A DNA stretch of 64,000 bases from a virus (taxonomy: Duplodnaviria; Caudoviricetes). Location of the stretch: positions 1-64,000 of the IMG/VR virus record IMGVR_UViG_3300030207_004217. The stretch is one strand, 5' to 3'. The notes under the pieces were generated by a model, which saw only the letters and a list, made by a program, of their open reading frames with translations, did no database searches and was not told the origin of the DNA. This document shows positions 57,291 to 64,000 of the stretch, piece by piece (the stretch's first letter is position 1; every line of letters begins with the position of its first letter). The position numbers and the translations under genes are program-made.

Positions 57291-58352
57291 TTAAGTCAAT
57301 AGCTCCATGTCATGTTTAACCATTTTATTCACTAGCTGAATAAAACTTGTTTTTGGTTCCCAGCCAAGCTCTTTTCTTGCTCTAGCTGAGTCGCCCCAAA
57401 GTAAGTCAACTTCTGCTGGACGGTAAAACTTAGGATCAACTTCCATCAATAAATCATCTGCGTGGTAGTATTTTAATTCTTTTCCATATCCTTCCCATCT
57501 GCAAATGCTTCTATGAAAACCAGCGAAGTTAAAAGCTTCTTCAACAAACTCTTTTATAGTGTGTGTTTCATCTGAAGACAAAACATAATCATCAGGTTTT
57601 TTCCTTCTGATATAGGTTAGGTTCTCTTCTTGATTGAGCATTTTCCAAACACCATCTACAAAATCTTCTGCGTCACTCCAATCTCTTTTAGAATCTACAT
57701 TGCCTAATCTTAAAGGTTCAAAGTTTTCTTTTCGGGCAAACTCATCAGCAATACGAGCTACGTTTTGGGTAATCTTCCTAGTAACAAATTCTACACCTCT
57801 TCTAGTTCCTTCGTGATTAAATAACCATCCTTGGACAGCATATAAGTTGTAAGAATCTCTGTATACCTTGACTAAGTGTCTTGCGGCACATTTAGAAGCT
57901 CCGTATGGGCTTCTAGGACGCAGCGGATGTTCTTCTGATTGAGGTTCTGTAATAACGTCCCCAAACTCCTCAGAGCTACCTGCATTGTAATATCTGCAAT
58001 CTGGAACGTGTTTTCTTATAGCTTCTAGCTGATGAAGAACCGCCATACAATTAGTTTGCATGTGGTTAACTGGCATTTGCCAACTTGTGCCTACAAATGA
58101 ATTAGCGGCAAAATTTATAAAGTAATCAGGCTTGTGCTCAAAGATGACTCTATCAATGTTTTCTGCATCAGTAACATCTAAATCAATTAAAAAGAATCTT
58201 GGGTTATCTAAGAGGTGTTCTATATTTTCATGATTTTTAACACTAAGTCTCCTTACACCGCCTATGATTGTATGCTCAGTGTTATTGATTAAGTAGTCCA
58301 CCATGTGACTACCATCTTGACCTGTTACTCCAGTAATAATAATTTTTTTCAT
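57291..58352 (-). CDS. gmd: GDP-mannose 4,6-dehydratase
   Basis: ITGVTGQDGS, SFV..SW, SSEEFG, PRSPYGASK, LFNHE, FVTRKI, RDW, RPAEVD.L.GD. Confidence 0.95.
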   Translation of the reverse strand: MKKIIITGVTGQDGSHMVDYLINNTEHTIIGGVRRLSVKNHENIEHLLDNPRFFLIDLDVTDAENIDRVIFEHKPDYFINFAANSFVGTSWQMPVNHMQTNCMAVLHQLEAIRKHVPDCRYYNAGSSEEFGDVITEPQSEEHPLRPRSPYGASKCAARHLVKVYRDSYNLYAVQGWLFNHEGTRRGVEFVTRKITQNVARIADEFARKENFEPLRLGNVDSKRDWSDAEDFVDGVWKMLNQEENLTYIRRKKPDDYVLSSDETHTIKEFVEEAFNFAGFHRSICRWEGYGKELKYYHADDLLMEVDPKFYRPAEVDLLWGDSARARKELGWEPKTSFIQLVNKMVKHDMELLT

Positions 58353-59215
58353 TTTGACGTATTATACATGTCACTCAAACATTCTTCAAGTTTATGTAAA
58401 CCTATGTTTTTTATTTCTTTACTAAAAATAGTTACTTGATTTTCATTCTTAGGAACCCAGTTTAAATGTGTCGCGGCATCTGGGTAAAAAGATAAATCAT
58501 AGAGACCAATTGTTGGGTGTGAAAACGCAGAAGATGCCCAAATCATTCCCGTATCACAAGACACTAAAATTTTGCTCTGCAAAACTTTAATTACTGATTC
58601 ACTATAATTGCCTTCAAAATGCTCAACACCCTCTATTGAATCCTCTTCTCCTCCTTTTATTTGTATAAGTTTTAAATTATTTTCTTCACAAAAACCTTTA
58701 ACAATTTCAATTTGCTCTAAAGTTACAGCTTTTGTATTATATTCTCCTTCTTTATTTTTCCTTCTGCCTGTGCATATTGTTATAGTTTCTTCTTGTTCTA
58801 CTTCTGGTTTCGGTAGTTTGAAGTTTTCTTGTTCTTTTGTTGGTCTTGGAAGAGAGTGCATAACACAGGATTCCGCTGTTTGGTGCCAATAATTATACCA
58901 ATCTGCTACGGTGTGTTTCTCCATTGGTTGAAAAAATTGAAAAGAATTTTCTCCCGCTTTTTTTTCTAACTCTAATAATTTTCCAAGATTAGCAGAGTCT
59001 ACTGTTAAGGGCCAATCTTCATAGCCTTCCCATATTATAAATTTATCTATATATGGACTTAATCTTAAAATAGGTATAACGTCAGTATATTTTTTATTTA
59101 CTGAATAAATCATAGTAGAACTAGGCCAAATCGACTTAATTACACTACAAGCCGTCAACCCTATGAATAAATCTCCATATTGACCTTGATTAAATCCTAC
59201 TACAAAAGGTTTCAT
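58349..59215 (-). CDS. GT9-like (heptosyltransferase-type) glycosyltransferase
   Basis: YGDL.....CS.IK..WP, P.ID, LVSCDTG..W.SSAF..PTIGLY. Confidence 0.75.
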   Translation of the reverse strand: MKPFVVGFNQGQYGDLFIGLTACSVIKSIWPSSTMIYSVNKKYTDVIPILRLSPYIDKFIIWEGYEDWPLTVDSANLGKLLELEKKAGENSFQFFQPMEKHTVADWYNYWHQTAESCVMHSLPRPTKEQENFKLPKPEVEQEETITICTGRRKNKEGEYNTKAVTLEQIEIVKGFCEENNLKLIQIKGGEEDSIEGVEHFEGNYSESVIKVLQSKILVSCDTGMIWASSAFSHPTIGLYDLSFYPDAATHLNWVPKNENQVTIFSKEIKNIGLHKLEECLSDMYNTSK

Positions 59216-60078
59216 TTTGACTTATATATGTTAACAATATTTTTTGCTATAGAAAACTTAGAAAACTTATGCTGAACCCAAGGAGTCCACTCATCAACAA
59301 TAACACTTTGGTAATGGGTGAAGTGATTAATGAGAGAGTTGTAGGTAGATGTTACTGATTCTACTGTTGGCTCTGCTACGCAAAAATCTGGACAAAGAGA
59401 AGAATTTGGATTGTCACTACAAACAAGAGGTATTGCTCCTGCTGCCATAGCTTCTAAAGCAGGTAAACCAAGACCTTCAAACTTAGAAGGTAAAGCTACT
59501 ACTTTGCTAGAATTATATAATTGATTTAGTGTTAAATCATTTACTAAACCTAAATAATTGCCATTAGCGGCTTGGCCAGATGGTCCCACTACATATTTTT
59601 CTATATTGTCCAATAAGTTAAATCTTTTATTAGGATCATTCCATCGACCGACATATAAACAGTTTATTTGTTTTTTTACTTGGGGATCATAGAAAATATC
59701 TTTTATTGGGTTCCATATAATGTGTGCATCAACTCCAATGTCTTTTAATTGTTGTTGCACTGGTTTACTTATACATGTGACTACATTTGCGTGAGATAAT
59801 TGATCCTTTAGTTTATCAATAGGAAAATCATCTATGTGAGGCGGGATATCTAAGACATTAAAAATTTTAAAGCCTTTTTTTGGCAATTGGGTATTGCCCT
59901 CCCACAAAGCAGAATCGTTGTGTTCAGAATCAATTGAATCATACTCGAAATTGTTTGCAAAAATAATATCGTAATCATCTCCTGTCACAACCTCATGACC
60001 AATGCCTTTTAGCCCGTCTTTAATACGAGGAATTTGGCACCAGTATTCTTTGGCTCCATATACTTTTATTCTGAGCAT
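59212..60078 (-). CDS. GT4 (group 1) glycosyltransferase
   Basis: YVGR...NK, LPSKFEGLGLPALEAMAAG. Confidence 0.85.
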   Translation of the reverse strand: MLRIKVYGAKEYWCQIPRIKDGLKGIGHEVVTGDDYDIIFANNFEYDSIDSEHNDSALWEGNTQLPKKGFKIFNVLDIPPHIDDFPIDKLKDQLSHANVVTCISKPVQQQLKDIGVDAHIIWNPIKDIFYDPQVKKQINCLYVGRWNDPNKRFNLLDNIEKYVVGPSGQAANGNYLGLVNDLTLNQLYNSSKVVALPSKFEGLGLPALEAMAAGAIPLVCSDNPNSSLCPDFCVAEPTVESVTSTYNSLINHFTHYQSVIVDEWTPWVQHKFSKFSIAKNIVNIYKSK

Positions 60079-60827
60079 AATACTTTAGGTAATGGTATAT
60101 TGTTTTTCTTATGAAACTCTTCGTCAAATTCTAAATGATGGTGTTCATGGTTCCATTTATATCCACAATGACCAAAATGTCTATGTTGATATTCTACTTT
60201 TCTTTTGCCTATTCTATCATTTAACCAAGTATAATGAGGTATATAGGCTACATCTTCGGGAATAATTTCTAATTCTTCGATATTATCGAATCTCATCAAT
60301 TTGCCTTCGTGACCATAACAAATATCGTTATCCCAATAAAATGCCTCCAAAAAATATTGATTATCGATATTAGTTTTAAAGATTCTTGGTGGTTGAAAAG
60401 GTTCCTCTAAATAATGTTTTAAATCAAAAACGTGATTCTTGAGAGATATTTTAAATAAATTTTTATTACTAGATTCAACATATTTTTCTATGTTATTGAT
60501 ATCTTCGTCTGTATAAAACTCGTCTGAATCAACAAGCCAAATATAGTCTAAATCATATTTTTTTAAATAAAACAAAGAAAAATTTCTAGCCTCTGCCTCT
60601 GTTATATATTGTGGGCTATCAACAAGATGTTTTAACTTTTTTTGTTCAACAAGCTCTCTTAACAAATCTGTGGTATGATCATGGAATTGGTCAATACCCT
60701 TATACTCTTTAAAAGGCACGGACACAGCAGAAACGATGTAATTTTTTCTGTTTAAGAAGGGTTCTATGGATTTTAATACATAGTCTTCTGTATTATATCC
60801 ACAATAAATTATTCCATATTTTTTCAT
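60066..60827 (-). CDS. GT2-like glycosyltransferase
   Basis: YN.EDY, D.T, RN, YIWLVDSDE. Confidence 0.7.
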   Translation of the reverse strand: MKKYGIIYCGYNTEDYVLKSIEPFLNRKNYIVSAVSVPFKEYKGIDQFHDHTTDLLRELVEQKKLKHLVDSPQYITEAEARNFSLFYLKKYDLDYIWLVDSDEFYTDEDINNIEKYVESSNKNLFKISLKNHVFDLKHYLEEPFQPPRIFKTNIDNQYFLEAFYWDNDICYGHEGKLMRFDNIEELEIIPEDVAYIPHYTWLNDRIGKRKVEYQHRHFGHCGYKWNHEHHHLEFDEEFHKKNNIPLPKVLCSE

Positions 60828-61603
60828 AACTTAGGCCAAATTGGTTGAGGCATATTATGCCTTTTTTTGCGCGAATCTCCATTTTTAATTTCTTCCATCT
60901 CGTAAGAAGAATCGTATTTACCGCTTTGCCTATGATTCCATATCTTACCCCAAAATTTATTTACTTCGTTTCTTTTCTTCAAATCCAAGTATCCTAAATG
61001 AATAATTTTTGGATTTTCTTTATAAAAATCAACCTTGCCAACACATGGTAACAAATTACCTTTTTCGTCTATTAATTCACAAGTATCACTTTTTTCTGGA
61101 TCAAGACTTCCATCTTCTTTTCTGGCCCAATTGACAGATCCTCTATAAGATCCTTGTCTCGTATGCAGATACCATTTATGTCCAATACTTATATAATGAT
61201 CTAAATCCTCATATAGATCAATTGTTGGTAACATAACGCTGCAAGGAAAATCATTGTCTAAAATAGCCTTACAACAAATTTCTAAATGTTCTTTTTTTCC
61301 TGATATTCTTTCGTCTAAGTCGCACTGGAGAACTATATCTTTTCTGCAATTTTGAAGTGCAGCATTTTTTAATTTACCCTCCCAATAAACATCTGCTTCT
61401 ACCTCTACATGTCTAGAAACTACTCCTATTTTTTTAGGATCGTAGAATTTGCTTTTTATAATTCTATTCCTAACTTTTTCGTGTTCCCACCTAAAGGTGG
61501 CTATAATTATTTCATCAACATAGTATAACCAATTAGAGAAGACCTCATCAAAATCTACGTCTATTTTATCTATATTGAAGACAGTTGTATATAAAGAAAT
61601 CAT
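60824..61603 (-). CDS. GT2-like glycosyltransferase
   Basis: VDEII, KNAAL..C..D.VLQCDLDE, IIHLGY. Confidence 0.7.
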   Translation of the reverse strand: MISLYTTVFNIDKIDVDFDEVFSNWLYYVDEIIIATFRWEHEKVRNRIIKSKFYDPKKIGVVSRHVEVEADVYWEGKLKNAALQNCRKDIVLQCDLDERISGKKEHLEICCKAILDNDFPCSVMLPTIDLYEDLDHYISIGHKWYLHTRQGSYRGSVNWARKEDGSLDPEKSDTCELIDEKGNLLPCVGKVDFYKENPKIIHLGYLDLKKRNEVNKFWGKIWNHRQSGKYDSSYEMEEIKNGDSRKKRHNMPQPIWPKL

Positions 61604-62439
61604 TTAAATATAGGCTTGAATAGTGAAAAATCATGTTTGTCTACAATTCCTTCTTTTTCTTCTAAGATGTTAAATCTATACCAATCATTTAGAAATTTAT
61701 CAAAGTCTATGTATTCTTTTATCCGATCAGTAAGATATGTGCGAAAGCATTCTTTTACAGAATCAATGTTAAAAGGATCAAAGCCTTCAGTGTAAATTTC
61801 TTGAATTAATTTTGATCTATTTTCATACCTTTTTTGAACCAGTTCAGGATCATCTTCAAATCCTAACAAAAGATGGTTTGTGTTTGGCAGGAAGTAATAT
61901 TTGAAATTATGCTCAATGAAATAATAGGGGTCTTGCCTTATTTCAGATCTCACATTTTTTTGATATTCTTTATTCCAAAAATTTTGCTTAGATAATTCAA
62001 TTGTTCTGGATGAACCTGCTATTCCTTCATGTGGGTTATTTACAAAACGAGTTTGTTCTTTTAGTTTAAACAAAAATCTTTTATTGTATAAATATACCCC
62101 ATCAACTTCAGATTTATCTAAATGCTTGCAGAAATCGGATAACTTATTTGTAAAAACAGGAGATAATCTTTCCAAAGTATCTATAACTAAAAACCAGTCT
62201 CCTACTTTCATTGGGCCTTGAAATAGACAATGGTTTCTGCTGAAATCAAATCTGTTACACCATTTTGTTTTAATGATTTCTCCTTTTGCTTTTACTGAAT
62301 CTAAATAATCATATCCAGAATCCAGAGGATAGTGAAACACCCAGACAAGTCCATTAAAATCATTTTTTATTGGTTCAATCAACTCTTTTAGATCTTTCTC
62401 ATGACCTTTTGAAGTCATGCCTGTAAGCCAAATTCTCAT
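61600..62439 (-). CDS. GT2-like glycosyltransferase
   Basis: W..RFD.SRN, DWFLVIDT.E, F.N.PHE. Confidence 0.65.
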   Translation of the reverse strand: MRIWLTGMTSKGHEKDLKELIEPIKNDFNGLVWVFHYPLDSGYDYLDSVKAKGEIIKTKWCNRFDFSRNHCLFQGPMKVGDWFLVIDTLERLSPVFTNKLSDFCKHLDKSEVDGVYLYNKRFLFKLKEQTRFVNNPHEGIAGSSRTIELSKQNFWNKEYQKNVRSEIRQDPYYFIEHNFKYYFLPNTNHLLLGFEDDPELVQKRYENRSKLIQEIYTEGFDPFNIDSVKECFRTYLTDRIKEYIDFDKFLNDWYRFNILEEKEGIVDKHDFSLFKPIFK

Positions 62440-63173
62440 CCTATTGTTTTTGAATAAACTTTTTTACTGTCGAAAAAGGAAAAGGGTGTTTGTGAGTTCG
62501 TTAGTTTTTTTAAGAAGTGACCTGAAACTATTTCACAATGAACTTTACCAAGCTTATCTAAGTGGTTTTGAGCTTCTTTCCAAGCTATAAATATTTCATT
62601 TGTTCTACTTATATTGGGTTGGAATGTAAAAGTGGGACCATATTCAGTGTAGTTTATAGCTTGAGTAAATATATCCTCATTTTCTAATAAAATATTACCC
62701 TCTGGCTCTTTAAATTTTACACCTCTATTAAAACGGACACAAATCTGATCTGGGTTATTATCTAGGAATTCTATTGATTTTTTAAATGCGTCCTCTAATT
62801 TAATTTTATTTACTTGAATAAGTTCATCATCTTCTACCCAAAAAGAATATTTTTGTTTTCTTATTTCTAGGTCAGAATAGCTTTTATATATGTCTTTGAA
62901 ATATCCAGCAGAGTGAACTTGATGATTTTCTGCATGATACACTATATTTTCTTTTGTTTCTATAACTCTAATATTAAGAGAAGAGCATAGTGACTTTATT
63001 TCTTCGGCAATGTCTTCCTCTCCATCTCTTGATTTCAGATGTAGTAATCTATTCGCAAATACAGACGGGTCTATTTTTTCATAAAGATTATTAATACAAT
63101 CTTTATAAGTGTGTCTACCAGCATGACCCATAGTGGTGCAAAAAACAATTAAATTAAGAGGAAGTGGCTTCAT
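62436..63173 (-). CDS. GT-A-like glycosyltransferase
   Basis: YSFWVEDD, FTFQP, H.E; lies within the GT operon. Confidence 0.55.
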   Translation of the reverse strand: MKPLPLNLIVFCTTMGHAGRHTYKDCINNLYEKIDPSVFANRLLHLKSRDGEEDIAEEIKSLCSSLNIRVIETKENIVYHAENHQVHSAGYFKDIYKSYSDLEIRKQKYSFWVEDDELIQVNKIKLEDAFKKSIEFLDNNPDQICVRFNRGVKFKEPEGNILLENEDIFTQAINYTEYGPTFTFQPNISRTNEIFIAWKEAQNHLDKLGKVHCEIVSGHFLKKLTNSQTPFSFFDSKKVYSKTIG

Positions 63174-63573
63174 TTATTTTTTTTCTAAGATTTGATGAAG
63201 AAAAAGAGTGATCTCTAGTGTTGTAAATTACAGTATATTTTTTGCCGCTTAAATTTTTACCTGTAAATTCTTTGCCTTTCCAATCAGACCCTATAAATCT
63301 ATAATCAATTGGAATTGATGTTAGTATTTCCAAAAGATCTTCTTCTGTTTCATAAGGTATAACTTTATCTACAAATTTTGTAGCGTTTAATTGTATAAAT
63401 CTCTCCACTAAAGATTGTATTGGAGAATTTTTATATTTCCTATCTACTTGGGGATTAACCTGTAATCCTACTACTAGCTCATCGCATTGAGACGCACACT
63501 CCTCAAGCATGATCACATGACCAGCGTGGAGTAAATCAAATGCACCGCAAGTAAATCCTATTTTTTTAGACAT
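63154..63573 (-). CDS. Glycerol-3-phosphate cytidylyltransferase-like nucleotidyltransferase (TagD type)
   Basis: GFTCGAFDLLHAGH, VVGL, K..PI....ER, G.DW.GK.F, R.H.FSSS.LR. Confidence 0.85.
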   Translation of the reverse strand: MSKKIGFTCGAFDLLHAGHVIMLEECASQCDELVVGLQVNPQVDRKYKNSPIQSLVERFIQLNATKFVDKVIPYETEEDLLEILTSIPIDYRFIGSDWKGKEFTGKNLSGKKYTVIYNTRDHSFSSSNLRKKINEATSS

Positions 63574-63676
63574 AAAAACCTCTGGGCCTTAGTATCAGAC
63601 CCAGAGGTCTACTATGACCTCAAGGAAATAAATCCTCGACCTGTCCTATTGTAGAATTAGTTGTCGTATTTGTCAA
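63574..63676 (-). promoter_or_regulatory. Promoter plus attenuator-like structured 5' leader
   Basis: TTGACA-17-TACAAT (63676-63648); terminator-like stem 63578-63608 with a U-run right before the ATG; competing GAGGTC/GACCTC stem 63604-63621. Confidence 0.6.
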
Positions 63677-63796
63677 CTAATCCTCAATAATCTCTTCACT
63701 GATGCGCCCAAGTATATAGGCAAGTGTATCATCGGTGTCAAAATCGGGGGGTGGATTCTCGATCTCCTCTTCAGTTGTGGTGCTTAGGTCAGTCAT
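63677..63796 (-). CDS. Small acidic peptide (39 aa, not in the ORF track)
   Basis: MTDLSTTTEEEIENPPPDFDTDDTLAYILGRISEEIIED; GTGTAG motif at 63808-63813. Confidence 0.45.
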   Translation of the reverse strand: MTDLSTTTEEEIENPPPDFDTDDTLAYILGRISEEIIED

Positions 63797-64000
63797 AGTA
63801 TGACTTTCTACACCAAATTTTTTCAAAAGGGAATTAACCCTCACAAGAAGAACAACTTAATATAGACCTAGCTAATTCTTGACTAGGATTAGCGCTTCTT
63901 TGATAGTAAAAACTCTTAACTCCTTGTTCCCAGCCGAAAATAAGAAGTTCACTTACTTGTTTAGGTGGGCATTTTGGAGAAATCATCACATTTAAGCTCT

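Noticed and set aside
57291-63573. Bacterial chromosomal LPS/capsule locus
   Set aside because: It is embedded among phage-type replication, lysis and fibre genes, with no transport genes or host housekeeping context.

Overview
This window is a 64-kb segment of a large, AT-rich dsDNA tailed-phage genome (standard genetic code, no rRNA or host housekeeping genes). All family assignments are from motif recognition by eye; no searches were run. (1) 1-4.2 kb is a + strand early-type region of small genes. It is cut into 1-1.5 kb promoter-led units by a 79-bp element: two 29-bp palindromes (CGTAACTCGTTGA-N3-TCAACGAGTTACG) separated by an invariant-length 21-bp GC-rich linker. There are three full copies plus a partial copy at the window edge. 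(2) 4.2-17 kb holds small accessory genes (SprT-like protease, DenV-like glycosylase, RuvB-like ATPase, pyrophosphatase, methyltransferase, cupin, beta-helix protein) and a short-arm tRNA-Leu(TAA). (3) 18-33.6 kb encodes two ~2,600-aa modular tail-fibre-like proteins that share shuffled modules. (4) 36-44 kb contains ADP-heptose synthesis genes (HldE kinase and adenylyltransferase halves, HldD), a GT9-like transferase, a Gram-negative lysis set (CHAP endolysin, holin, spanins) and an outer-membrane beta-barrel. (5) 45-57 kb is the replication module: ClpA/B-like ATPase, DnaE split into PHP / exonuclease / polymerase genes, PD-(D/E)XK nuclease, primase, DnaB and RecA-like recombinase. (6) 57-63.6 kb is a glycosylation operon (gmd, GT9, GT4, four GT2-like genes, cytidylyltransferase) headed by an attenuator-like leader. 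Two regulatory grammars are visible: sigma70-type promoters placed for leaderless mRNAs, and a GTGTAR motif before several late-type genes. The best candidates for a novel system are the double-palindrome cassette element and the phage-encoded heptosylation pathway.
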